Source: the human T2T-CHM13v2.0 reference genome, Homo sapiens. From it: a stretch of DNA of 64,000 nt. Below, in pieces: positions 13,180 through 28,200 of this stretch (the stretch's first letter is position 1; each line of letters opens with the position of its first letter). Location: assembly GCF_009914755.1 (NCBI RefSeq), contig NC_060933.1, one strand, 5' to 3'. Both the position numbers and the translations under genes were made by a program. The notes under the pieces were generated by a model that was not told the origin of the DNA, did no database searches, and saw nothing but the letters and a program-made list of their open reading frames with translations.

Positions 13180-15320
13180 ATTCTATTCGGGTTAATTCCA
13201 TTCCATTCCATTCCATTCCATTCCATTCCATTCTATTCCATTGCATTGCAATCGAGTTGAATCCATTGCATTTCATTCCATTCCATTCCATTCCATTCCG
13301 GAAGATTCCATTCCATTGCATTCCATTCCATTCCATTCCCCTGCACTCGCGTTGATTCCATTCCATTCCATTCCATTCCATTCCATCCATTCCGTTCCGT
13401 TCCGTTCCATTCCATTCTATTCCATTCCATTCCATTCCGTTCCGTTCCATTCCATTCCATTCCATTCTATTCGGGTTAATTCCATTCCATTCCATTCGAT
13501 TGCAATCGAGTTGATTCCATTCCATTCCATTCCATTCCATTCCTTTCCATTCCATTTCGGATGATTCCATTCCATTGCATTCCATTCCATTCCATTCCCC
13601 TGTACTCGGGTTGATTCCATTCCATTCCATTCCAATTCTTGTCCTTCCACTCGTGTTGATTCCATTCTTTCCATTCCATTCAAGTTGAATCCATTCCATT
13701 GCATTCCATTCCATTTGATTCCATTCGATTGCACTCGGGTTGATTCCATTCCGTTGCATTCCATTCCATTCCATTCCATTCCATCCCATTCCATTCCGTT
13801 CCATTCCATTCCATTACATTCGGATTGATTCTATTCAATTCCCTTACACTCCATTACATTCCATTCCATTCGGGTAGTTTCCATTCCATTCCATTCCATT
13901 CCTCTCCATTCCATTGCACTCGGGTTGATTCCATTCCATTCCATTCCATTCAATTCCATTCCGTTCCATTCCTTTCCATTACATTCGGATTGATTCTATT
14001 CAACTCCCTTACTCTCTATTACATTCCATTCCATTCGGGTTGTTCCATTCCATTCCATTCCATTCCACTCCATTCCATTGCACTCGGGTTTATTCCATTC
14101 CATTCCATTCCATTCCATTCCATTCCATTCCATTCCATTCCGGAAGATTCCATTCCATTGCATTCCATTCCATTCCATTCCCCTGAACTCGCGTTGATTC
14201 CATTCCATTCCATTCCATTCCATTCCATTCCTTTCCGTTCCATTCCATTCCATTCCATTCTATTCGGGTTAATTCCATTCCATTCCATTCCATTCCATTC
14301 CATTCTATTCCATTGCATTGCAATCGAGTTGAATCCATTGCATTTCATTCCATTCCATTCCATTCCATTCCGGAAGATTCCATTCCATTGCATTCCATTC
14401 CATTCCATTCCCCTGCACTCGCGTTGATTCCATTCCATTCCATTCCATTCCATTCCATCCATTCCGTTCCGTTCCGTTCCATTCCATTCTATTCCATTCC
14501 ATTCCATTCCGTTCCGTTCCATTCCATTCCATTCCATTCTATTCGGGTTAATTCCATTCCATTCCATTCGATTGCAATCGAGTTGATTACATTCCATTCC
14601 ATTCCATTCCATTCCTTTCCATTCCATTTCGGATGATTCCATTCCATTGCATTCCATTCCATTCCATTCCCCTGTACTCGGGTTGATTCCATTCCATTCC
14701 ATTCCAATTCTTGTCCTTCCACTCGTGTTGATTCCATTCTTTCCATTCCATTCAAGTTGAATCCATTCCATTGCATTCCATTCCATTGGATTCCATTCGA
14801 TTGCACTCGGGTTGATTCCATTCCGTTGCATTCCATTCCATTCCATTCCATTCCATCCCATTCCATTCCGTTCCATTCCATTCCATTACATTCGGATTGA
14901 TTCTATTCAATTCCCTTACACTCCATTACATTCCATTCCATTCGGGTAGTTTCCATTCCATTCCATTCCATTCCTCTCCATTCCATTGCACTCGGGTTGA
15001 TTCCATTCCATTCCCTTCCATTCAATTCCATTCCGTTCCATTCCTTTCCATTACATTCGGATTGATTCTATTCAACTCCCTTACTCTCCATTACATTCCA
15101 TTCCATTCGGGTTGTTCCATTCCATTCCATTCCATTCCACTCCATTCCATTGCACTCGGGTTTATTCCATTCCATTCCATTCCATTCCATTCCATTCCAT
15201 TCCATTCCGGAAGATTCCATTCCATTGCATTCCATTCCATTCCATTCCCCTGAACTCGCGTTGATTCCATTCCATTCCATTCCATTCCATTCCATTCCTT
15301 TCCGTTCCATTCCATTCCAT
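13180..15320 (+). repeat. Tandem duplication, period ~1072 bp (2 copies)
   Basis: ORF pairs 13233/14305, 13241/14313, 13417/14489 and 13825/14897 are all +1072. Private markers CCATCCATTCCG, CCATTTCGGATG and CCAATTCTTGTCCTTCC each occur in both copies. Confidence 0.93.
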
Positions 15321-18309
15321 TCCATTCCATTCCAATCCATTCCATTCCGTTCCGTTCCGTTCCATTCCATTCCATTCCATTCTATTCGGGTTAATTCCAT
15401 TCCATTCCATTCGATTGCAATCGAGTTGATTCCATTCCATTCTATTCCATTCCATTCCATTCCATTCCATTCCTTTCCATTCCATTACGGATGATTCCAT
15501 TCCATTGCATTCCATTCCATTCCATTCCCATGTACTCGGGTTGATTCCATTCCATTCCATTCCAATCCATGCCATTCCACTCGTGTTGATTCCATTCTTT
15601 CCATTCCATTCAAGTTGAATCCATTCCATTGCATTTAATTCCATTCCATTCCCCTGCACTCACGTTGATTCCATTCCATTCCATTGCATCTCATTCCATT
15701 CCGTACCGTTCCATTCCATTCCATTCCATTCCGTTCCGTTCCATTCCATTCCATTCCATTCTATTCGGGTTAATTCCATTCCATTCCATTCGATTGCAAT
15801 CGAGTTGATTCCATTCCATTCCATTCCATTCCATTCCATTCCATTCCATTCCATTCCTTTCCATTCCATTACGGATGATTCCATTCCATTGCATTCCATT
15901 CCATTCCATTCCCCTGTACTCGGGTTGATTCCATTCCATTCCATTCCAATCCATGGCATTCCACTCGTGTTGATTCCATTCTTTCCATTAAATTCAAGTT
16001 GAATCCATTCCATTGCATTCCATTCCATTCGATTCCATTCGATTGCACTCGGGTTGATTCCATTCCATTGCATTCCATTCCATTCGATTCCATTCCATTC
16101 CATTCCATTCCATTCCATTCCGTTCCATTCCATTCCATTACATTCGGATTGATTCTATTCAATTCCGTTACACTCCATTACATTCCATTCCATTCGGGTA
16201 GTTTCCATTCCATTCCATTCCATTCCTCTCCATTCCATTGCACTCGGGTTGATTCCATTCCATTCCATTCCATTCAATTCCATTCCGTTCCATTCCATTC
16301 CATTACATTCGGATTGATTCTATTCAACTCCCTTACTCTCCATTACATTCCATTCCATTCGGGTTGTTCCATTCCATTCCATTCCATTCCACTCCATTCC
16401 ATTGCACTCGGGTTTAATCCATTCCATTCCATTCCATTCCATTCCATTCCGTTCCGTTCCATTCCATTCCATTCCATTCTATTCGGGTTAATTCCATTCC
16501 ATTCCATTCCATTCCATTCCAATCGAGTTGATTCCATTCCATTCCATTCCATTCCATTCCACTCCATTCCAGTCCTTTCCATTCCATTCCACTCGGGTTG
16601 ATTCCAATGTATTCCTTTCCATTCCATTTAATTCCATTGCAATCGAGTTGATTCCATTGCTTTGCATTCCATTCCTTTCCATTCCATTCCGGATGATTCC
16701 ATTCCATTGCATTCCATTCCATTCCATTCTCCTGCACTCGGGTTGATTCCATTCCATTCCACTCCATTCCGTTCCATTCCATTCCATTCCATTGTATTCG
16801 GGTTAATTCCATTCCATTGCATTCCATTCCATTCCATTCCATTACAATCGAGTTGATTCCATTCCATTCCATTCCATTCCAGTCCTTTCCATTCCATTCC
16901 ACTTGGGTTGATTCCATTCTATTAGTTTCCATTCCATTCCATTCCCTTCCATTCCACTCTGGTTGATACCTTTCCTTTCCATTCCACTCGAATACATTCC
17001 CTCCTATTCCACTCGGAACGATTCCATTCCATTCCATTCCATTCCATTCCATTCCATTCCATTCCATTCCATTGTACTCGGGTTGATTCAATTCCATTGC
17101 ATTCCATTCCATTCCATTCCATTCCATTCCGTTGCATTCCATTCCATTACATTCGGATTGATTCTATTCAACTCCCTTACTCTCCATTTCATTCCATTCC
17201 ATTCGGGTTGTTCCATTCCATTCCATTCCACTCCATTCCATTGCACTCGGGTTGATTCCATTCCATTCCATTCCATTCCATTCCATTCCATTCCGGATGA
17301 TTCCATTCCATTGCATTCCGTTCCATTACATTCCCCTGCACTCGCGTTGATTCCATTCCATTCCATTCCATTCCATTCAATTCCATTCCATTACAATTCG
17401 TTCCATTCCATTCTATTCCGTACCATTCCATTCCATTCCATACCATTCCATTCCATTCCATTCCAGTCCATTCCGTTCCATTCCGTTCCATTCCATTCCA
17501 TTCCATTCTATTCGGATTAATTCCATTCCATTCCATTCCATTCCATTCTATTCCATTCCATTGCAATCGAGTTGAATCCATTGCATTTCATTCCATTCCA
17601 TTCCATTCCATTCCATTCCGGAAGATTCCATTCCATTGCATTCCATTCCATTCCATTCCCCTGCACTCGCGTTGATTCCATTCCATTCCATTCCATTCCA
17701 TTCCATTCCGTTCCGTTCCATTCCATTCCATTCCATTCCATTCCATTCCGTTCCGTTCCATTCCATTCCATTCCATTCTATTCGGGTTAATTCCATTCCA
17801 TTCCATTCGATTGCAATCGAGTTGATTCCATTCCATTCCATTCCATTCCATTCCATTCCATTCCATTCCTTTCCATTCCATTAAGGATGATTCCATTCCA
17901 TTGCATTCCATTCCATTCCATTCCCCTGTACTCGGGTTGATTCCATTCCATTCCATTCCAATCCATGCCATTCCACTCGTGTTGATTCCATTCTTTCCAT
18001 TCCATTCAAGTTGAATCCATTCCATTGCATTCCATTCCATTCGATTCCATTCGATTGCACTCGGGTTGATTCCATTCCATTGCATTCCATTCCATTCCAT
18101 TCCATTCCATTCCATTCCATTCCGTTCCATTCCATTACTTTCGGATTGATTGTATTCAATTCCCTTACACTCCATTACATTCCATTCCATTCGGGTAGTT
18201 TCCATTCCATTCCATTCCATTCCTCTCCATTCCATTGCACTCGGGTTGATTCCATTCCATTGCATTCCATTCCATTCCATTCCGTTCCATTCCATTCCAT
18301 TCCGTTCCA

Positions 18310-21300
18310 TTCCATTTCATTACATTCAGATTGATTCTATTCAATTCCCTTACACTGAATTATATTCCAATCCATTCTGGTTGTCTCCATTCCATTCCAT
18401 TCCATTTCACTCCATTCCATTGCTCTCGGGTTGATTCCATTACATTCCATTCCATTGCATTCCATTCCATTCCATTCCGGATGATTCCATTCCATTGCAT
18501 TCCATTCCATTCCATTCCCCTGCACTCGGGTTGATTCCATTCCATTCCATTACATTACATTCCGTTCTATTCCATTCCATTCCATTCGGATTGATTCTAT
18601 TCAATTCCCTTACACTCCATTACATTCCATTCCATTCGGGTAGTTTCCATTCCATTCCATTCCATTCCTCTCCATTCCATTGCACTCGGGTTGATTCAAT
18701 TCCATTCCATTCCGTTCCATTCCATTACATTACATTACATTACATTCCGTTCCGTTGTACTCGGGTTGATTCCATTCCATTGCATTCCATTCCATTCCAT
18801 TCCATTCCATTCCATTCCATTCCATTCCGTTCCATTCCATTACATTCGGATTGATTCTGTTCAACTCCCTTACTCTCCATTACGTTCCATTCCATTCGGG
18901 TTGTTCCATTCCATTCCATTCCATTCCACTCCATTCCATTGCGCTTGGGTTGATTCCATTCCATTCCATTCCATTCCATTCCATTCCAATTCTTTCCATT
19001 CCATTCTATTCCGTACCATTCCATTCCATTCCATACAATTCCATTCCATTCCTTTCCACTCCGTTCCGTTCCGTTCCGTTCTGTTCCATTCCATTCCATT
19101 CCATTCCATTCTATTCGGTTTAATTCCATTCCATTCCATTCCATTCCATTCCATTCTATTCCATTCCATTGCAATCGAGTTGAATCCATTGCATTCCATT
19201 CCATTCCATTCCATTCCATTCCATTCCATTCCGGAAGATTCCATTCCATTGCATTCCATTCCATTCCATTCCATTCCATTCCATTCCATTCCATTCCATT
19301 GTACTTGGGTTGATTCCATTCCATTGCATTCCATTCCATTCCATTCCATTCCATTCCATTCCATTCCGTTCCATTCCATTCCATTACATTCGGATTGATT
19401 CTTTTCAACTCCCTTACTCTCCATTACATTCCATTCCATTCGGGTTGTTCCATTCCATTCCATTCCATTCCACTCCATTCCATTGCACTCGGGTTGATTC
19501 CATTCCATTATATTCCATTCCATTCCGGATGATTCCATTCCATTGCATTCCGTTCCATTACATTCCCCTGCACTCGGGTTGATTCCATTCCATTCCTTTC
19601 CATTCCATTCGATTCCATTCCATTCCCCTGCACTCGCGTTGATTCCATTCCATTCCATTCCATTCCATTCCATTCCATTCCATTCCATTCCTTTCCGTTC
19701 CATTCCATTCCATTCCATTCCATTCCGTTCCGTTCCATTCCATTCCATTCCATTCTATTCGGGTTAATTCCATTCCATTCCATTCGATTGCAATCGAGTT
19801 GATTCCATTCCATTCCATTCCATTCCATTCCATTCCATTCCACTCCCTTCCATTCCTTTCCATTCCATAACGGATGATTCCATTCCATTGCATTCCATTC
19901 CATTCCATTCACCTGTACTCGGGTTGATTCCATTCCATTCCATTCCAATCCATGCCATTCCACTCGTGTTGATTCCATTCTTTCCATTCCATTCAAGTTG
20001 AATCTATTCCATTGCCTTCCATTCCATTCCATTCCCCTGCAGTCGGGTTGATTCCATTCCATTCCATTCCATTCCATTCCATTCCATTCCATTCCATTCC
20101 ATTCCGTTCCGTTCCATTCCATTCCATTCCATTCTATTCGGGTTAATTCCATTCCATTCCATTCCATTGCATTCCAATCGAGTTGATTCCATTCCATTCC
20201 ATTCCATTCCAGTCCATTCCAGTCCTTTCCATTCCATTCCACTCGGGTTGATTCCAATGTATTCCTTTCCATTCCATTCCATTCCATTGCAATCGAGTTG
20301 ATTCCATTGCTTTGCATTCCATTCCATTCCATTCCATTCCGGATGATTCCATTCCATTGCATTCCATTCCATTCCATTCCCCAGCACTCGGGTTGATTCC
20401 ATTCCATTCCATTCCATTCCATTCCATTCCATTCCATTCCATTTCGTTCCATTCCATTCTATTCCGTATCATTCCATTCCATTCCATTCCATTCCATTCC
20501 ATTCCATTGTACTCGGGTTGATTCAATTCCATTGCATTCCATTCCATTCCATTCCATTCCATTCCGTTGCATTCCATTCCATTATTTTCGGATTCATTCT
20601 ATTCAACTCCCTTACTCTCCATTACATTCCATTCCATTCTGGTTGTTCCATTCCATTCCATTCCATTCCACTCCATTCCATTGCACTCGGGTTGATTCCA
20701 TTCCATTCCATTCCATTCCATTCCATTCCAGATGATTCCATTCCATTGCATTCCTTTCCATTACATTCCCCTGCACTCGCGTTGATTCCATTGCGTTCCA
20801 TTCCATTACATTCAATTCCATTCCATTTCAATTCGTTCCATTCCATTCTATTCCATACCATTCCATTCCATTCCATACAATTCCATTCCATTCCATTCCA
20901 TTCAATTCCGTTCCATTCCGTTCCATTGCATTCCATTCCATTCTATTCGGATTAATTCCATTCCATTCCATTCCATTCCATTCTATTCCATTCCATTGCA
21001 ATCGAGTTGACTCCATTGCATTTCATTCCATTCCATTCCATTCCATTCCATTCCGGAAGATTCCATTCCATTGCATTCCATTCCATTCCATTCCCCTGCA
21101 CTCGCGTTGATTCCATTCCATTCCATTCCGTTCCATTCCATTCCATTCAATTCCATTCCATTCCATTCCGTTCCGTTCCATTCCATTCCATTCCATTCTA
21201 TCCGGGTTAATTCCATTCCATTCCATTCGATTGCAATCGATTTGATTCCTTTCCATTCCATTCCACTCCATTCCATTCCATTGCATTCCATTCCATTCCT

Positions 21301-21340
21301 TTCCATTCCATTACGGTTGATTCCATTCCATTGCATTCCA
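18310..21340 (+). repeat. Third copy of the first ~3 kb of the block (closest to 22320-25320)
   Basis: ORFs 63/18331 and 227/18495 (+18268); 19543/23531, 20004/23982, 20612/24575 and 21007/24970 (+3963 to +3988). Confidence 0.88.
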
Positions 21341-22289
21341 TTCCATTCCATTCCCCTGTACTCGGGTTGATTCCATTCCATTCCATTCCAATCCATGCCA
21401 TTCCACTCGTGTTGATTCCATTCTTTCCATTCCATTCAAGTTGAATCCATTCCATTGCATTCCATTCCATTCGATTCCATTCGATTGCACTCGGGTTGAT
21501 TCCATTCCATTGCATTCCATTCCATTCCATTCCATTCCATTCCATTCCATTCCATTCCGTTCCATACCATTCCATTACATTCGGATTGATTCTATTCAAT
21601 TCCCTTACACTCCATTACATTCCATTCCATTCGGGTAGTTTCCATTCCATTCCATTCCATTCCTCTCCATTCCATTGCACTCGGGTTGATTCCATTCCAT
21701 TGCATTCCATTCCATTCCATTCAATTCCATTGCGTTCCATTCCATTCCATTACATTCGGATTGATTCTATTCAACTCCCTTACTCTCCATTACATTCCAT
21801 TCCATTCGGGTTGTTCCATTCCATTCCATTCCATTCCACTCCATTCCATTGCACTCGGGTTGATTCCATTCCATTCCATTCCATTCCATTCCATTCCCTT
21901 CCTTTCCGTTCCACTCCATTCCATTCCATTCCATTCCATTCCATTCCATTCCGTTCCGTTCCATTCCATTCCATTCCATTCTATTCGGGTTAATTCCATT
22001 CCATTCCATTCGATTGCAATCGAGTTGATTCCATTCCATTCCATTCCATTCCATTCCATTCCATTCCTTTCCATTCCATTACGGATGATTCCATTCCATT
22101 GCATTCCATTCCATTCCATTCCCCTATACTCGGGTTGATTCCATTCCATTCCATTCCAATCCATGCCATTCCACTCGTGTTGATTCCATTCTTTCCATTC
22201 CATTCAAGTTGAATCCATTCCATTGCATTCCATTCCATTCGATTCCATTCGATTGCACTCGGGTTGATTCCATTCCATTGCATTCCATT

Positions 22290-25200
22290 CCATTCCGTTC
22301 CATTCCATTCCATTCCGTTCCATTCCATTTCATTACATTCAGATTGATTCTATTCAATTCCCTTACACTCCATTATATTCCAATCCATTCTGGTTGTCTC
22401 CATTCCATTCCATTCCATTTCACTCCATTCCATTGCTCTCGGGTTGATTCCATTACATTCCATTCCATTGCATTCCATTCCATTCCATTCCCCTGCACTC
22501 GGGTTGATTCCATTCCATTCCATTACATTACATTCCGTTCTATTCCATTCCATTCCATTCGGATTGATTCTATTCAATTCCCTTACACTCCATTACATTC
22601 CATTCCATTCGGGTAGTTTCCATTCCATTCCATTCCATTCCTCTCCATTCCATTGCACTCGGGTTGATTCAATTCCATTCCATTCCGTTCCATTCCATTA
22701 CATTACATTACATTACATTCCGTTCCGTTGTACTCGGGTTGATTCCATTCCATTGCATTCCATTCCATTCCATTCCATTCCATTCCATTCCATTCCATTC
22801 CATTCCATTCCGTTCCATTCCATTACATTCGGATTGATTCTGTTCAACTCCCTTACTCTCCATTACATTCCATTCCATTCGGGTTGTTCCATTCCATTCC
22901 ATTCCATTCCACTCCATTCCATTGCGCTTGGGTTGATTCCATTCCATTCCATTCCATTCCATTCCATTCCAATTCTTTCCATTCCATTCTATTCCGTACC
23001 ATTCCATTCCATTCCATACAATTCCATTCCATTCCTTTCCACTCCGTTCCGTTCCGTTCCGTTCTGTTCCATTCCATTCCATTCCATTCCATTCTATTCG
23101 GTTTAATTCCATTCCATTCCATTCCATTCCATTCCATTCCATTCTATTCCATTCCATTGCAATCGAGTTTAATCCATTGCATTCCATTCCATTCCATTCC
23201 ATTCCATTCCATTCCATTCCGGAAGATTCCATTCCATTGCATTCCATTCCATTCCATTCCATTCCATTCCATTCCATTCCATTCCATTGTACTTGGGTTG
23301 ATTCCATTCCATTGCATTCCATTCCATTCCATTCCATTCCATTCCATTCCATTCCGTTCCATTCCATTCCATTACATTCGGATTGATTCTTTTCAACTCC
23401 CTTACTCTCCATTACATTCCATTCCATTCGGGTTGTTCCATTCCATTCCATTCCATTCCACTCCATTCCATTGCACTCGGGTTGATTCCATTCCATTATA
23501 TTCCATTCCATTCCGGATGATTCCATTCCATTGCATTCCGTTCCATTACATTCCCCTGCACTCGGGTTGATTCCATTCCATTCCTTTCCATTCCATTCGA
23601 TTCCATTCCATTCCCCTGCACTCGCGTTGATTCCATTCCATTCCATTCCATTCCATTCCATTCCTTTCCGTTCCATTCCATTCCATTCCATTCCATTCCG
23701 TTCCGTTCCATTCCATTCCATTCCATTCTGTTCGGGTTAATTCCATTCCATTCCATTCGATTGCAATCGAGTTGATTCCATTCCATTCCATTCCATTCCA
23801 TTCCATTCCATTCCATTCCACTCCATTCCATTCCTTTCCATTCCATAACGGATGATTCCATTCCATTGCATTCCATTCCATTCCATTCACCTGTACTCGG
23901 GTTGATTCCATTCCATTCCATTCCAATCCATGCCATTCCACTCGTGTTGATTCCATTCTTTCCATTCCATTCAAGTTGAATCTATTCCATTGCCTTCCAT
24001 TCCATTCCATTCCCCTGCAGTCGGGTTGATTCCATTCCATTCCATTCCATTCCATTCCATTCCATTCCATTCCATTCCATTCCGTTCCGTTCCATTCCAT
24101 TCCATTCCATTCTATTCGGGTTAATTCCATTCCATTCCATTCCATTGCATTCCAATCGAGTTGATTCCATTCCATTCCATTCCATTCCAGTCCATTCCAG
24201 TCCTTTCCATTCCATTCCACTCGGGTTGATTCCAATGTATTCCTTTCCATTCCTTTCCATTCCATTGCAATCGAGTTGATTCCATTGCTTTGCATTCCAT
24301 TCCATTCCATTCCATTCCGGATGATTCCATTCCATTGCATTCCATTCCATTCCATTCCCCAGCACTCGGGTTGATTCCATTCCATTCCATTCCATTCCAT
24401 TTCGTTCCATTCCATTCTATTCCGTATCATTCCATTCCATTCCATTCCATTCCATTCCATTCCATTGTACTCGGGTTGATTCAATTCCATTGCATTCCAT
24501 TCCATTCCATTCCATTCCATTCCATTCCGTTGCATTCCATTCCATTATTTTCGGATTCATTCTATTCAACTCCCTTACTCTCCATTACATTCCATTCCAT
24601 TCTGGTTGTTCCATTCCATTCCATTCCATTCCACTCCATTCCATTGCACTCGGGTTGATTCCATTCCATTCCATTCCATTCCATTCCATTCCGGATGATT
24701 CCATTCCATTGCATTCCTTTCCATTACATTCCCCTGCACTCGCGTTGATTCCATTGCGTTCCATTCCATTACATTCAATTCCATTCCATTTCAATTCGTT
24801 CCATTCCATTCTATTCCATACCATTCCATTCCATTCCATACAATTCCATTCCATTCCATTCCATTCAATTCCGTTCCATTCCGTTCCATTGCATTCCATT
24901 CCATTCTATTCGGATTAATTCCATTCCATTCCATTCCATTCCATTCTATTCCATTCCATTGCAATCGAGTTGACTCCATTGCATTTCATTCCATTCCATT
25001 CCATTCCATTCCATTCCGGAAGATTCCATTCCATTGCATTCCATTCCATTCCATTCCCCTGCACTCGCGTTGATTCCATTCCATTCCATTCCGTTCCATT
25101 CCATTCCATTCCATTCCATTCCATTCCATTCCGTTCCGTTCCATTCCATTCCATTCCATTCTATCCGGGTTAATTCCATTCCATTCCATTCGATTGCAAT

Positions 25201-28200
25201 CGATTTGATTCCTTTCCATTCCATTCCACTCCATTCCATTCCATTCCATTCCATTCCATTCCATTCCATTCCATTCCTTTACATTCCATTGCGGTTGATT
25301 TCATTCCATTGCATTCCATTCCATTCCATTCCCCTGTACTCGGGTTGATTCCATTCCATCCCATTCCAATCCATGCCATTCCACTCGTGTTGATTCCATT
25401 CTTTCCATTCCATTCAAGTTGAATCCATTCCATTGCATTCCATTCCATTCGATTCCATTTGATTGCACTCGGGTTGATTCCATTCCATTGCATTCCATTC
25501 CATTCCATTCCATTCCATTCCATTCCATTCCGTTCCATTCCATTCCATTACATTCGGATTGATTCTATTCAATTCCCTTACACTCCATTACATTCCATTC
25601 GGGTAGTTTCCATTGCATTCCATTCCATTTCTCTCCATTCCATTGCACTCGGGTTGATTCCATTCCATTGCATTCCATTCCATTCCATTCAATTCCATTC
25701 CGTTCCATTCCATTCCATTACATTCGGATTGATTCTATTCAGCTCCCTTACTCTCCATTACATTCCATTCCATTCGGGTTGTTCCATTCCATTCCATTCC
25801 ATTCCACTCCATTCCATTGCAATCGGGTTGATTCCATTCAATTCCATTCCATTCCATTCCATTCCATTCCGGAAGATTCCATTCCATTGCATTCCATTCC
25901 ATTCCATTCTCCTGCACTCGCGTTGATTCCATTCCATTCCATTCTATTCCATTCCATTCCCTTCCTTTCCGTTCCATTCCATTCCATTCCATTCCATTCC
26001 ATTCCGTTCCGTTCCGTTCCATTCCATTCCATTCCATTCTATTCGGGTTAATTCCACTCCATTCCATTCGATTGCAATCGAGTTGATTCCATTCCATTCC
26101 ATTCCATTCCATTCCATTCCTTTCCATTCCATTACGGATGATTCCATTCCATTGCATTCCATTCCATTCCATTCCGCTGTACTCGGGTTGATTCCATTCC
26201 ATTACATTCCAATCCATGCCATTCCACTCGTGTTGATTCCATTCTTTCCATTCCATTCAAGTTGAATCCATTCCATTGCATTCCATTCCATTCGATTCCA
26301 TTCGATTGCACTCGGGTTGATTCCATTCCACTGCATTCCATTCCATTCCATTCCATTTCATTCCATTCCATTCCGTTCCATTCCATTCCATTACATTCGG
26401 ATTGATTCTATTCAATTCCCTTAGACTCCATTACATTCCATTCCATTCGGGTAGTTTCCTTTCCATTCCATTCCATTTGTCTCCATTCCATTGAACTCGG
26501 GTTGATTCCATTCCATTCCATTCCATTCCATTCCATTCAATTCCATTCCGTTCCATTCCATTCCATTACATTCGGATTGATTCTATTCAACTCCCTTACT
26601 CTCCATTACATTCCATTCCATTCGGGTTGTTCCATTCCATTCCATTCCATTTCACTCCATTCCATTGCACTCGGGTTTATTCCATTCCATTCCATTCCAT
26701 TCCATTCCATTCCATTCCATTCCGGAAGATTCCATTCCATTGCATTCCATTCCATTCCATTGCCCTGCACTCGCGTTGATTCCATTCCATTCCATTCCAT
26801 TCCATTCCATTCCATTCCATTCCATTCCATTCCTTTCCGTTCCATTCCATTCCATTCCATTCCATTCCAATCCATTCCATTCCGTTCCGTTCCATTCCAT
26901 TCCATTCCATTCCATTCTATTCGGGTTAATTCCATTCCATTCCGTTCAATTGCAATCGAGTTGATTCCATTCCATTCCATTCCATTCCATTCCATTCCTT
27001 TCCATTCCATTACGGATAATTCCATTCCATTGCATTCCATTCCATTCCATTCCTCTGTACTCGGGTTGATTCCATTCCATTCCATTCCAATCCATGCCAT
27101 TCCACTCGTGTTGATTCCATTCTTTCCATTTCATTCAAGTTGAATCCATTCCTTTGCATTCCATTCCATTCCATTCCCCTGCAGTCGGGTTGTTTCCATT
27201 CCATTCCATTCCATTCCCCTGCTGTCGGGTTGTTTCCATTCCATTCCATTCCATTCCATTCCATTCCATTCCGTTCCGTTCCATTCCATTCCATTCCATT
27301 CTATTCGGTTTAATTCCATTCCATTCCATTCCATTCCATTCCATTCCATTCCAATCGAGTTGATTCCATTCCATTCCATTCCATTCCATTCCACTCCATT
27401 CCAGTCCTTTCCATTCCATTCCACTCGGGTTGATTCCAATGTATTCCTTTCCATTCCATTCCATTCCATTGCAATCGAGTTGATTCCATTGCTTTGCATT
27501 CCATTCCATTCCATTCCATTCCGGATGATTCCATTCCATTGCATTCCATTCCATTCCATTCCCCTGCACTCGGGTTGATTCCATTCCATTCCACTCCATT
27601 CCGTTGCATTCCATTCCATTGCATTGTATTCGGGTTAATTCCATTCCATTCCATTCCATTCCATTCCAGTCCATTCCATTACAATCGAGTTGATTCCATT
27701 CCATTCCATTCCATTCCAGTCCTTTCCATTCCATTCCACTCGGGTTGATTCCATTCTATTAGTTTCCATTCCATTCCATTCCCTTCCATTCCACTCTGGT
27801 TGATTCCATTCCTTTCCATTCCACTCGAATACATTCCCTCCTATTCCACTGGGAACGATTCCATTCCATTCCATTCCATTCCATTCCATTCCATTCCATT
27901 CCATTCCATTTCGTTCCATTGTATTCTATTCCGTGTCCTTCCATTCCATTCCATTCCATTCCATTCCCCTGCAGTCGGGTTGTTTCCATTCCATTCCATT
28001 CCCTTCCATTCCATTCCATTCCATTCCATTCCGATCCGTTCCATTCCATTCCATTCCATTCTATTCGGGTTAATTCCATTCCATTCCATTCCATTCCATT
28101 CCATTCCATTCCATTCTATTCGGGTTAATTCCATTCCATTCCATTGCATTCCATTCCATTCCATTCCTCTCCATTCCATTGCACTCGGGTTGATTCCATT

